Shown here: piece after piece, positions 25,345-37,439 of the stretch | Position numbering within the stretch: position 1 is the first letter of the stretch | Layout of the letters: each line of letters opens with the position of its first letter | Assembly (NCBI RefSeq): GCF_902713615.1 | Contig: NW_024055760.1 | Coordinates: forward strand, 186,001 to 250,000 | Reading direction: 5' to 3' | Source: Scyliorhinus canicula | Lineage: Eukaryota | Length of the DNA: 64,000 nt | Notes under the pieces: model-generated | The model's input: only the letters and a program-made list of their open reading frames with translations | Told to the model about the DNA's origin: nothing | Database searches by the model: none | Made by a program: the position numbers and the translations under genes

Positions 25345-25875
25345 ACAGACTCACGGCATAATACAGTGCAGACGAGGCCCTTCAGCCCATAGAGTCTGCG
25401 CCAACGCATGAAAGAAATCTGACCTCCCTACCGAATCCCATTTGCCAGCACGTGCCCCGTAGGTTTGAATGTTATGACGTACCAAGTGCTCATCTAGGTA
25501 CTTTTTAAAGGATGTGAGGCAATCCGCCTCTACCAACCTCCCAGGTAGTCCATTCCAGACTGATGCCACCTTCCGGGTGAAAATGATTTTCCTCAAATCC
25601 CCCTTAACGTCCTGTCCCTCACCTTGAACGTGTGTCCCCTGGTAAGTGACCCTTCAACTGATGGGAACAGCTGCTCCGTATCCACCCTGTCCATGGCCCT
25701 CATAATCTGTGCACCTCGATCAGGGCGTCCCTCAGTCTTCTCTGCTCCATCGAAACCATTCCAAGTCTATCAAACCTTTCTTCATAACTTAAATGTTCCA
25801 CCCAGATAACATTCTGGTGAATCGGCTCTGTACCCCCTCCAGTGCAATCACATCCTTCCTAAAATGTGGCGACTA
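25345..25875 (-). mobile_element. CR1 3' fragment
   Basis: catagagtctgcgcc tail region; remnant ORF 25351-25596 (FKKYLDEHL). Confidence 0.7.
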
Positions 25876-26089
25876 GACCTTTCCTGCCGCTTTCCGAAAC
25901 CGCATCAATGAGCATTCCCGAATGAGAAAGCAGCAACGTCCAACATTACTGCAGAGCTGATTGTGGATTTGAACACGGTGAGTTGGAAATGAATTGTTTC
26001 AGTTGAGCTTTGGGAAAATGCTGAGTGACATCAGGCCGCAATCCCGATTGGTCCATCCCTAATAGTGCACAGGTGACACTCAATCTAGA

Positions 26090-26409
26090 GACCTATGCCC
26101 CTGCCATCTGTTGTGCCACCTCAATAAATATCTCTGAGACTCCGCGCGATACTGGATGTACCAGAAGAGAGTTGACACAGTGTAGTTTGTTGTGTATTAA
26201 AAGTCAATGTTGTTAGCTGTCCTTCCTGAACCAGTAATTCCTGCAGCTCCTGGGAAACTGATTTTTGGCCACTGGTTCCTGTAACAAGATATATAATGTG
26301 TGCGAAATCTGTGAGTAAATATAACCCATGAAACACACACTGAGGATTTGAGCTCAGACTCACCGGGCAGCAAGACCATAATTATCAGTAAAGCACACAG
26401 GGAGCACAT
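26090..26409 (-). pseudogene. TCR V pseudogene (leader 26409-26364, intron 26363-26279, frameshifted and truncated V exon)
   Basis: MCSLCALLIIMVLLP-G|gtgagt; exon GTSGQKSVSQ...VQEGQ, frameshift, then NSLFWYIQY. Resembles the 1490 V family. No FR3 or RSS found. Confidence 0.75.
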
Positions 26410-26611
26410 GGTTCCTGATTGGACAGTAAACAGTGACACTGTTTGAAATATGTTGCTGCTTCTATTCTCATATCACAGAGTAAACTCAGATCAGAGGCAA
26501 AGAGAAAACTCAGATCAGAGGCAAAGAGTAAACACAGATCAGAGGCAGTTTTCACTCATTGGGAAAGCGAGGGATGTTCTTCTGTGCTGTGATCGGCTAG
26601 TCGCCCAGGCA

Positions 26612-26632
26612 TGACGTCAGCTGTGGGCCAAT
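26612..26632. promoter_or_regulatory. CRE (TGACGTCA) plus adjacent CCAAT, ~200 bp upstream of the 26409 leader
   Basis: TGACGTCA at 26612-26619 and gccaata immediately after. CRE motifs are known in TCR V promoters. Function is inferred. Confidence 0.45.
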
Positions 26633-27234
26633 AACCTTTAGTTGAGGACTCAAATCAACTGGTCCTCTCCAATGTTAAGGATATTCCTGTTAATTCCTGT
26701 CTGTCCCTTGATTCTTCTTTTTAATTTAATTTATTCTGCTCGTTCAATTTTTGTACCTGGACTGTTAATGTCCAGTATGTCTTTAAGATAGACTTTATCT
26801 TTAATTTAGAAACAGGAAAATCCTGCAGGATGTGTTGTTTGGTCTGACACAGTGATGACTCCTATGATTGACTTGGCTGATGGCCAATAAGCTGTTGTAC
26901 ATTGATACTTTGCTGGTACTCGATGTTTATTGGCGCTGAGCGTTCTGGAGTGTTCTGCAGGACAAAGAGGCTTTATCTTGAGTTCAGTTTTGTTTTGATC
27001 AGAAGTTCGGGGGTCACACCTGTGACCTCTCACCTGATGGATTCTGCCTAACGCTTCAAAGTAAAAACCTTTCTCTTTGCACAGCCAGATTGAACTGCAG
27101 GGAAATCCAGTCCAGCAGCAGATGAAGGCACGGTCAGTTGTTTTAAATGGTTTTGAAAATCCCGTGGAGGGAACTCTGTTCTGATCCCAGAAAGGCTGCT
27201 GGTCATTTTGGTGGAGTTGGGCAGAGAGGAAAAA

Positions 27235-30200
27235 GCTGCAAATTTTAACCTGGTCTCCACTAGGAAAGCAGTGTACCAACTCCGCCAGACACGGGGGACG
27301 TTCTGTGAACATGGGGATAAGGCTTGCCGCATACTGGCTCACCAGCCGAGGAAGCAGGCAGCCACGAGGGAAGTAGGAAAAGGATAGCAGAGGCAGACTG
27401 GTAGCAGAACAAAAAGTGGTCAAGCGAGTATCTTCTACCGCGGACTGTGCACCCTCGATCTCCCCTGACGGGGGCGCGGGAATGAAACAGTTACTCGACG
27501 GACTGGAAATGCCAGTTGGGGAGAACAGACGGGGGGAGCTGGAAACACCAATAGATCTGGGATAAATCATGGAGAGCATCAGCTGGCGGGGAAGGCGCTG
27601 GGACCTGATGGGTTCCAGGCAGACGTCTATAAAAACTTCGCACCTGTCCTGGCCCCACAGCTAAGATACATGTTTGCGGACTCACTGGCAAGGGGCACTC
27701 TGCCTAATACAACTAGCGCAAGTCACAAGTTCATTGATCCCCAAAAAAGACAAAGACCCGACTGATTGTGGACCATATAGACCCAATTCACTGTTAAATA
27801 CTCACAAAGGACCTGGCCAAAAGGCTGGAGAGTTGTGTACCACAGTTGGTCACAGAGGCCCCAACGGGCTTTGTCAAAGGTAGGCAACTCACTGCGAACA
27901 TCAGCCGGCTATTGAATGTAATAATGACCGTCCCCATCCCTGATGAGAGAACACCAGAGGTGATCGTCTCCCTGGATGCAGAAAAGGCATTCGACAGAGT
28001 CGAATGTAATGATCTCCTCGAGGTACTGGAACGGTTGGGCTAGGTGCAGGATTCGCCGCCTGGGTGAGAGTCCTGTACAACGCTACTAAGGCGAGCGTTT
28101 GAACCAATACCACCAGCTCTGAATACACCAAGCTGCAATGAGGAACAAGGTAGGGATGCCCATTGTCCCCGCACCTGTTTGCACGAGCAATCGAACCCTT
28201 GGCGATTGCCCTGCGGGACCAAAAAGCTGGAAGGGCATCCAGAGAGGAGACAGGGAGCACAGCGTCTTAATCTATATGACCTGCTCCTCTATGTCTCAAA
28301 GCCTTAGGAAGCACTATAGGCAATAATGCAGATACTGAAAGAGTACATAACCTTCTCTGGTTATAAACACAACCTGGGCAACAGTGAGGCATTCCCAGTG
28401 AACACAAATGGGGGAAGAGACAGGCTGGATGGGCTCCCGTTTAAAATAGCCCAAAATTGATTCCGATACCTGGGATCCAAATAGCCAGAAACTGGACACA
28501 GATCCACAAGTGGAACCTGACCAGCCTGGTGGAGGAAGCTGAACAAGACCTACAGACCTGGCGGGGAGTGTGCAGGCGATCAAAATGAACTTGCTGCGGA
28601 GGTTCCTCTTCCTGTTCAGATCCATTCTGATCTTCATCCCCAAGGCCTTCTTCCAGAATCTGGATCGCTTAAATATGGCGTTTGTGGCTGTGTGGAAGGC
28701 GGGGGGGGGGGGGGGGGGGGAAGGGGGTTGAACCAGAGAGTTCCCAAACCAACGCTGTAAAGGAGGAACATCAAGGGTAGCCTGCCACTCCCAACCCTGT
28801 GGTACTAGCACTGGGCTGTAACGGCGGACAGAGTGAGGGGATGGATACCCGAAACCAATTCGGAATCGGTGTGGATAGAGGAGTCCTCCGGGCCCGAGCT
28901 ACGGTAGCACTACCATCCCGACAAAATATACATCCAGCCCGGTGGTAGCGGCTACACTGAAAACGTGGCGCCAAATAAGACAGCACTTCGGCTTGACCAA
29001 GATGTCCCCATGGCCCCCATCGGCGGTAACCACAGATTCCCTCGGCCATGCTAGACACCATCTTTAAGAAATGGAGACAGGGCCGGGATACTCTGACAAT
29101 CAGTGATTTCTACATAGGGAACAGACGACGATGAACGAACTGACGCAGAAATGGGAACTGCCGATAGGACAGGGAAATGAGGCAGCTTCAGATGAAATAT
29201 TCTCTCAGCAAGGAGAGAGTAGGTTACCCGTGGGCCCTGGAGACCACACTATTAGAGGACCTGATGACCACGGGCAATAAGGAAGTGGGACTCTGGTAAA
29301 ATATATGGACAGCTAGTGGACAGAGCTCGAACACCACTGGGCGAGACCGGGCGGAAATGGGGGGAGGAAATGGGGACAGAGTTGGGCTGCGGCCTCTGGA
29401 GCGAAACACTGAGCAGGGCTCCCTCTGCCTCCTCCTGCGCAAGGCTCCGCCTAATGCAGCTCAAAGTGGTGCACAGAGCGCACCTGACCAGAACCCGAAT
29501 GAGCAGGTTCTTCCCGGAGGTGGAGGACAAATGTAAGTGGTGGCAGAGGGGCCTTGCCAACCACATCCACATGTTCTGGGCTTGTGCCAAATGTGCTGGG
29601 ATCTGGAAAGCCTTCTCCGAGGGAAAGTGTAATGTTGTAGGGGTGAGGGTGGAGCCGTGCTCACAGATGGCAATCTTCTGGGTGTCGGAGCAGCCAGACC
29701 TACAGATGGGAAAGAAGGCCGACGCCCTTGCTTTTGCTCGGCTCGGCTGGCGATCAGCAGCTCCACCCTCAGCAGCAGGCCGGCCCGCTGACCTCTCGGA
29801 ATTTCTCCACCTGGAGAAGATAAAATACCCCATGCGAGGATCGGAGGAAGGCTTGCTGACTGCATGGGGGCCATTTGTTGGTTTGTTCCAAGACCTGTTT
29901 GAGGTCAGCAACGAGTAATTGGGAAACTGGAAATTTTTTTTTCAAAAGAGAGAGGAAAAAGAAAAAAGACAAGGAGGAACCGTAGGAAGACACACCCCGT
30001 GGAAAGTGGGGTTGGGGGGGGGGGCGGGGGTAGAGGAGGAAGAGCTGGAGAGGCACAAAAGAGGCAACGTGGGGAAAGGGGACAAACCCCCAGACACAGG
30101 AGAGACACGGTCGAAGCCTAAGGGGGTGAAAAGAAAGGGGGAAGGAGAGGAGAAGGGGGAAAGACAACCCCAGATCGACCAGCGAGGGCACAAGGGAGGC

Positions 30201-30340
30201 TCAGGGGACCCAGGGAGACTGGCGAGAGGGGGGAGGACTTCGCGCTGAGTCGAATGGTGACAGACTGTATATAGTTCTTTTTATTGTTGTTCCAGTATTG
30301 ATTTTGTTTTTCCTGCAAAGTTCTGTTTCAAATTCAAAAT
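27235..30340 (+). mobile_element. 5'-truncated, heavily degraded L1-clade ORF2 plus 3' UTR
   Basis: Fragments EHGDKACRILAHQ, LIPKKDKDP..YRP, LDAEKAFDRVE, LKVVHRAHLT...HIHMFWAC. Confidence 0.85.
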
Positions 30341-30380
30341 ACAATGTAAATATTTCACAAAACAAATTGATGAGAAAGTA

Positions 30381-30455
30381 GCGTGATGCGCCAGTGGTGC
30401 AATATATTGCAGACCTGATCACGAATCAGGAGATTCCAGCTTCAACTCCTGGCTG
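30381..30455 (+). pseudogene. Highly degenerate tRNA-Arg(ACG)-like relic
   Basis: gccagtggtgcaat...gatcacgaatcaggagattccagcttcaactcctggctggct aligns to vertebrate Arg-ACG; inverted paralog of 32617-32688. Confidence 0.55.
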
Positions 30456-30749
30456 GCTTGGCATTTACCGTTTTGGCTTCCGCTTTAGCTCAGTGGGTTG
30501 GACAGCTGATTCGTGATGCAGAGCAAAGTGAGCAGGGCATCATCAATTCTCGCAAGGCTGTGCTTATTTATGAAAGCCCCGCCTTCCCAATTTAACTTCC
30601 ACTTCAAGCAAAACATAACTTATCATTAAAGTTCGATATCTGATGGTTTTATCGGTTTGGAAGAAACGGCTCTTCTTGCAATAAGCGACATGGCCCCTCA
30701 GCCGAACCATCAGAAGCTGCAGCAACACATTGAGGATGGTAAGAAGTCT

Positions 30750-31150
30750 TCCAACACCAGGTTAAAGTCCAACAGATTTATTTCAAACACGAGCTTTCGG
30801 AGCGCAGCTCCTTCCTCAGGTGAATGGCGAGGTATGATCCAGAAACATTTATATAGACAAAGTCAGAGATGCTGGACAATGCTTGGAATGCGATCATTTG
30901 CAGGTAATCAAATCATTACAGATCCAGAGATAGGGGGTAACCCCAGGTTAAATAGGTGTGAATTGTCTCAAGCCAGCACAGTTGGTAGGATTTTGCAAGT
31001 CCAGGCCAGATGGTGGGGGGTGGATGTAATGCAACATGAATCCAAGATCCCGGTTGAGGCCGCACTCATGCGTGCCGAACTTAGCTATAAGTTTTTGCTC
31101 GGAAATTCTGCGTTGTCGAGTGTCCTGAAGACCGCCTTGGAGAACGCTTA
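30750..31150 (-). mobile_element. Penelope-like element, 3' end (GIY-YIG C-terminus plus terminal repeat)
   Basis: Minus-strand translation LRVSVLQGGLQDTRQRRISEQKLIAKFGTHECGLNRDLGF; terminal hammerhead-like motif. Confidence 0.75.
30788..30822 (-). ncRNA. Minimal hammerhead ribozyme motif (Penelope-associated)
   Basis: CAC-CUGAGGA-A-GGAGC(UGC)GCUCC-GAAA-GC-UC-GUG; palindromic AGCU stem III. Confidence 0.55.
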
Positions 31151-31199
31151 CACGGAGAGCAGAGGCTGAATGCCCTTGACATTAAACATTTAAACATTA

Positions 31200-32460
31200 A
31201 ACCAAGCGACAGGTTTGCTCATTTCTTTGGGGCGGGATTCATTCACATTGGGTTTGCTCTGAGAAGCTGAGCTCATGCTGCAGGGAATGAAGGCGTTCCC
31301 GAGAAAATCGAAACATTTTCGAAAAGCTTGGCTATGAGTGGATACAGTATTCACTTATCTCTATTGACAAATTCTGGTGGATTCAGGCAGCTCTCTGTCT
31401 GTTTCAGTTTATTAAGATCAGCAACTTCAGACTGTGAACTCTCTCCTCCCCCTCCACCACCAATTTATTTCCATCAATTGATTTTCATTCCTTCCATTGA
31501 TATGTTTTACCCTCAGCATTGCCCCCCTCCCCCCAGCCCATACCATCCTACTTCAGCAATCTGATCCCTGTTTGTAATTGTTCTCTGACGCACTGCTTAC
31601 CTTTGTTCTGCCATTAACACATTCTGACCGCTTGATGCGCCATCAGCACCTTTCATAGCCTTGATTCGCCTCATTTACATTTCCTTTTTCTTTCTGTCCG
31701 AGACATTTTCGTCATTTTCCACCTATTGCTGACATTCTGTCGAGGCCCAATACGGCACTCCACCACCCCCACCCACAATAGTCTGAATCTGACCCTATTT
31801 CCAGTTCTCCAACTTTGACAAAGCGTCACCCAAACTCGGAACGGCAGCTGCCATCTCGCTCCCCAGAGGCTGCCAGACCTGCTGAGAGTGTCCAGAATTT
31901 TCTGTTTTTGTTTCAGATTGAAGCATCCCCAGTATGTTGCATTTGTCGTTCATTTAGACATGTTTGCGATGGTGAATAAATATGTTCATCTGCATTTGTA
32001 AATGCATAAAATTCTCTTGTGGATGAACTCGCTCAGGAAATCCAAAATAGGAAGATCCTTTTCTTCTCATTGCCTGTCGAAAATTCAATACTTGTGACTT
32101 AATGTTCAAATTATTTCATTGGCTCAGGAGAGACTAAACCTCATAATCCTCGGACATACGAGATCGGGGAACAAGTACATTGTGCAAAAAATCCTCACAC
32201 AACATGAGAAGCACTTGATGTTTCTACCCGCTATCGACGCGGGGACTTTTCGCGTGTTAGGGGAATGTGCTAACCACTACACTACAGAAACAGCTGGCAG
32301 TGCACCGATCAATGGACTTGTGCAATGTTCAACCTCACTGTGTTGCTTCAGTTTCTTATGGTTCGGCTAGAGGCCATGTCATTTATTACAAGAAGACAGA
32401 CGTTTCTATCAAACCGATATCTCAACTTATAAAACCATCAGATATCGAACTTTACTAACC
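31200..32460 (-). repeat. Diverged inverted paralog of part of the array unit (Pro 3' flank, Penelope relic, Val and its 5' flank)
   Basis: For example gggattcattcacattgggtttgct (~31224-31250) is the reverse complement of agcaaacccaatgtgaatgaatccc in each array unit. Confidence 0.8.
32219..32291 (-). pseudogene. Degenerate tRNA-Val(AAC)
   Basis: gtttctgtagtgtagtggttagcacattcccctaacacgcgaaaagtccccgcgtcgatagcgggtagaaaca; damaged anticodon stem and T arm. Confidence 0.75.
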
Positions 32461-32616
32461 TGAAGATAAGTTATATTTTGCTTGAAGTGGAAGTTAAATT
32501 GTCATAAATAACCGCAGCCGATACGAGAATTGATGATGCCCTGCTCACTTTGGTCTGCATCAAGAATCAGCTCTCCAACCCACTGAGTGGAAACGCACGC
32601 CAATATTCTGAACTCA

Positions 32617-32688
32617 GAGCCAGCCGGTAGTCAGGCCTGGAATCTCTTGATTCGTAGTTAGACGCGTTATCCATTGCGCCACTGGCCC
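32617..32688 (-). pseudogene. Degenerate tRNA-Arg(ACG)
   Basis: gggccagtggcgcaatggataacgcgtctaactacgaatcaagagattccaggcctgactaccggctggctc; B box damaged. Confidence 0.75.
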
Positions 32689-33189
32689 ACAGCAGTGCAT
32701 GACTTTTGCTAAGTTGAGTTTAAGAATGGACAATTATGTGTTTCTTATATTAGACCTCTTTGTTCTTCGGTGTGTCACATGCTGCAGCCTAAATACCTTT
32801 CAAGTATAAGGAAGGAGAGGGCATGTAACTTATTGCAAGAAGCCGTTTCTTTAAAACTGATGTCTCAACTTATCAAAGGATCAGATATTGAACTTTGCTG
32901 AACTGGAGATAAGTTATGTTTTGCTTGAAGTTAAATCAAAGCAAATCAACTTTGAGCCTGGATTCCCACAGTGGCTTTTCCTGTTTCTCCATCAGAAAGA
33001 GATTTTTTCTTTCCCAAAGCTGGGATTTCCTCTAAGTCAGGGTGTGTCTGTCCTTTTGAGTACACATGACTATAAGACATCCTTCAATCTGGCCTGTTGC
33101 ATTTGCTGATCCCAATGCCATCTACTCTGCATTGGAGAGACTAAATGCTGACTGGGTGACCGCTTTGCAAAACACCTTCGCTCCATCGA

Positions 33190-33860
33190 CAAACTGGTGG
33201 CAGACTCTCCTGTCGCTTGCTATTTGACATCACTGTCCTGCTCTCATGTCCACATGTCCGATCTTGGCCTGCTGCAATGTTCCCATGTAGCTCAGCACAA
33301 CGGCGAGGAACAGCACCCCATCCTCCGAAAAGGCACGGTACAGCCTTGTGGATTTTACAGTACGCTCAACAACTTCGCACCGTGAAATCACTCTTCCCAC
33401 TTCACCACATGTTTTTTCCATCAACTTATTTTCATTGCTTCTATTGATATGTCTTCCTCTCCCATTGTCTCCCCCTCCCCATTCCCCTAGCCAATCGCAT
33501 CCCGCTTGGGAAATCCGTCCCTTGTTCCTCATTGTCCTCTGCCATTAACACATTCTAATCTTCTAATCGCCTCTGTCAGCACAGTTCTTAACTTTGATTA
33601 GAAACATTTACATTCCCTTTTTCTTTCGGCCCAACACGTTTTTGTTATCCTCCACCCATCGCTGACCGTCTTTCGAAGCCCAATGCTTCACGCTCCCCCA
33701 CACCGCCAGTCTAAACCTGACCAAAGATCCAGTTGTCCAGCATCGACAAAGAGTCACCCAGACTCGAAACAACACTTGCCATCTCTCTCCACAGAGGCTG
33801 TCAGACCTGCTGAGACTGTCCTGTGTTTTCTGTTTTTGTTTCCCATTGACGCATCCGCAG
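33190..33860 (+). mobile_element. Penelope-like element relic (second family)
   Basis: ORF 33197-33385 ...LGLLQC...EEQHPILRKGTVQPCG...NNF resembles the PLE GIY-YIG tail; terminal cagacctgctgag...ttttctgtttttg. Confidence 0.65.
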
Positions 33861-34135
33861 TAAGTTGCTTTTATCGTACATTTAGGCATGTTTGAAATGG
33901 AGATTAAATATGTTCATCTGCATCTGTAAATCCAATAGATTCTGTGGTGGATGAACAAACTGCTAATATCCGAATCGCGGCAAAATAGGAAAGGTTTTTC
34001 TTCCCCTGGCGTCTTGAAAATTCAGCATTTCTGACTTTGTTGCAGGAATTTTAATACCTCATGAGAGACCAAATCTCATGTTCCTCGAACGTGCGAGATT
34101 GAGGACGAAACGTATTTTGTGTAAACATTCATCAC

Positions 34136-34208
34136 ACAAAATGCCCGGTTTCGAACCGGGAACCTTTCGCGTGTTTGGCGAATGTGATGACCACGGCACG
34201 ACAGAAAC
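34136..34208 (-). pseudogene. Degenerate tRNA-Val(AAC-like)
   Basis: T arm ggttcgaaacc intact; D arm mutated and 3' acceptor strand lost. Confidence 0.65.
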
Positions 34209-34517
34209 TGATGTGAGCGTCGCATTCAGCGGCCGTGTGCAATGTTGAACCTCAATGTTGCAGCTTCTAATGGTTCCGCTGAGAGGCCATGTAACTTATT
34301 GCAAGAAGCCGTTTCTTTAAAACTGATGTCTCAATTTATCAAAGGATCAGATATTGAACTTTGCTGAACTGGAGATAAGTTATGTTTTGCTTGAAGTTAA
34401 ATTGAGAGGCTTTCATAAGCTGAAACGAGAATTGATGATGCCCTGCTCACTTTGCTCTGCATCGGGAACCAGCTGTCCAACCCACTGAACTAAAGGGGAC
34501 GCCAAAACTAGGAACTG

Positions 34518-34586
34518 CGAGCCAGCAGTCGAACTTGGAATCTCCTGTTTCGTAGTTAGACGCGTTATCCATTGCGCCACTGGCCC
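34518..34586 (-). pseudogene. Degenerate tRNA-Arg(ACG)
   Basis: gggccagtggcgcaatggataacgcgtctaactacgaaacaggagattccaagttcgactgctggctcg; short deletion in the 3' half. Confidence 0.7.
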
Positions 34587-34680
34587 ACAGAAGTTATAGG
34601 CTTTTGCTATTCCTCGATGATGAAGACCAGTTACGATATTGAGGTAATATTTAGCAACAGACTAAACTGGAAACACCAGA

Positions 34681-34753
34681 TGTCTCTGCCCGGTTTCGAA
34701 CCGGGGACCATTCGCGTGTAAAGCGAATGTGATAACCACCACACTACAGAAAC
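34681..34753 (-). tRNA. tRNA-Val(TAC), full length, A14G in A box; functionality uncertain
   Basis: gtttctgtagtgtggtggttatcacattcgctttacacgcgaatggtccccggttcgaaaccgggcagagaca (73 nt). Confidence 0.6.
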
Positions 34754-35401
34754 ATCTGGCAACGCAGACTCCGACGGACCTGTGTCACCGTCAACTCAAT
34801 TGCCTTGTTGCAGCTTCGCATGGTTCGGCTGAGAGGCCATGTCACTTCTTACAAGAACACGTCTATTTCTTTAAAACAGATGTCTAAACTTACAAGCCAG
34901 TAGAAGAACCTATATTGAACTGAAGAATTTGTTCAGCAAATCTCTAACGGCCGAATGCTCTCTTCTATTATTAATGCAGCATTCTTACATCCTACAGAAA
35001 AAAGCAACCGACTTTAATTTTGAAACCTTTTTCAGAGTGGGCCAATGTAAATCAACCCCGCCGTCAGCACCGCAAACAATTCGTAATCTCTGACCTGGAG
35101 TAAAGAGCCTGTCCTGGATTTAAACCCACGACCACTCCCATAGGCATTGATTGAAAATCCCTAAACGAGAACCAGACCTCGAGACCAAAGAGCACAAATT
35201 TAAGACCGACATTAAGCAAAATATAACTTATGTTAATTTCGATATAATTTCGACATCTCACGGCTTTATATGTTTGAACCATCTGTTAATTTCAGACACA
35301 GCTGTCGCTTGCAACAAATGACCTGGCCTCTCAAACAGACCATCAGAATCTGCAGCAACACAGTGAGGTTGTACATTCCGCACGTCCATTGATTGCCAGC
35401 G

Positions 35402-35460
35402 GTTTCTGTAGTGTAGTGGTTATCACATTCGCGTCCCCGGTTCGAAACCGGGCGGAAACA
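35402..35460 (+). pseudogene. tRNA-Val with 14-nt deletion removing the anticodon loop
   Basis: cacattcgc|gtcccc versus cacattcgcctcacacgcgaaaggtcccc in other units. Confidence 0.9.
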
Positions 35461-37093
35461 TTTAGCATGTCGTGTGAGAAAAGTTTGCACAATTATTGGG
35501 CACAAAATAATTCTGTTTCCTGAATGTTGCCGGAATCTCGTGTGTTCCAGGACTATGAAATTTCGTCTCACATCAGCCACTGCACTGAATTGAACATTAA
35601 GGCCCAAGCACTGAATTTTCGGCAGGCAATGAGAGGTGAAGAATTTTCATATCTTGGCACAGCTCGGATATTAGCAGCTACTTCATCCACAACAGAATTT
35701 CAGCGATTTACAAATGAACATATTCAATCACCATCTCAAACATGTCTAAATGTGTGACAAATGCAACTTACTGCGGATGCTTCAAACGGAAACAAAAACA
35801 GTAAATACTGGACAATCTCAGCAGGTCTGACAGCCTCTGGGGAGCGAAATGGCAGCTGTCGTTTCCAGTCAAGTGGACTCTTTGTCAAGGGGCTTTTCAC
35901 AGTAACTTCATTGAAGCCCACTCGTGACAATAAGCGATTTTCATTTCATTCGTCAGGCGGCATTTGTCGACAGGACATCAAAGTTCGTCTTTCACCATCA
36001 CCTTTCATAAAAACCGGGACAGGTTAGAAATGTGGAACGTCTTAACCAAGTGAATTACCGGAGGGAGGAAACAGAACGACAGGAAAGGGCTCTAATGGGG
36101 GGCAAGTCAGGAAAGATTAAATGAGAAGAGGCCTTGGGACCCTGGCCACAGAGTTAGGATGGCATCAAATCAGAGAATAATGACACCACAGTATGAGGCC
36201 ATTCCGGCCGCCGTGTCTGTGCCAGCTCTGTGTTAGCGCAATGGAAGAAACAAAGAAACAAAAGATATGTCTGGAGGAGCAATCACATGGCATATTGATC
36301 AACAACTACCGCCCGGACACAAAGAACAAGTGGAAACAAGATTGAAACCCAAATCTGCGATGGAAGGACACACAAAATGGGTGCAGCATTTACAGTGTGA
36401 AACTACTGAACACACACTGAGTGTGAAAGCTGTATTGAGCCCACTGGAAAGATGCGCTGCTGTTCCTCGAGTGGCTGTTGAGCTTCTTTGGAACATTTCA
36501 CGACGCCGAGGTCCGGGAGGTCAGCGTTAAGATCCAGCTCCCCAGTCAGTTCAATTCTCCACTTTGGCTCTGTGGATTAGATGGGTCACGTCCCTGTGGT
36601 TAACACAGATCTGGAGCATCAATTTTATCCAAACGCACTCCAGCTCAGACACTGTCTCTCTTTCTCGAGCATCATCTGTGGGGAGAGAAACGACGTAAAC
36701 ATTCCGAGTCCTGAGAAATCTTTTTCAGAGTGGGTTAATGTAAATCAACCCTGCCGTCAGCATCGCAAACAATTCGTAATCCCTGACCTGGAGTAAAGAG
36801 CCTGTCCTGGATTTAAACCCACGACCACTGCCATAGACATTGCTTGTAAATCCTTAAACGAGAACCAGACCTCGAGACCAAAGAGCACAAATTTGAAACC
36901 GACATTCAGCAAAATATAACTTATGTTAATTTCGATATAATTTCTACATCTCACGGCTTTATATGTTGAGACATCTGTTAATTTAAGAAACAGCTGTCGC
37001 TTGCAACAAGGGATCTGGCCTCTCAAACAGACCATCAGAATCTGCAGCAACACAGTGAGGTTGTACATTCCGCACGTCCATTGCTTGCCAGCG

Positions 37094-37166
37094 GTTTCTG
37101 TAGTGTAGTGGTTATCACATTCGCCTCACACGCGAAAAGTCCCCGGTTCGAAACCGGGCAGAAACA
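37094..37166 (+). tRNA. trnV-CAC: tRNA-Val(CAC)
   Basis: 73-nt cloverleaf, CT-CAC-AC loop; one variable-loop substitution. Confidence 0.85.
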
Positions 37167-37439
37167 TCGAGCATTTCGTGTGAGAAAAGTTTGCACAATT
37201 ATTGGGCACAAAATAATTCTATTTCCTGAATGTTGCCGGAATCCCGTGTGTTCCAGGACTATGAACTTTCGTCTCACACGAGCCACTGCACTGAATTGAA
37301 CATTAAGGCCCAAGCACTGAATTTTCGGCAGGCAATGAGAGGTGAAGAATTTTCATATCTTGGCACAGCTCGGATATTAGCAGCGAGTTCATCCACAACA
37401 GAGTTTCAGCGATTTCCAAATGAACATATTTAATCACCA

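Noticed and set aside
32870-32900. agttcaatatctgat (minus) resembling part of U2 snRNA
   Set aside because: Only ~15 nt of similarity; the rest of U2 is absent and the segment belongs to the Val 5'-flank paralog.
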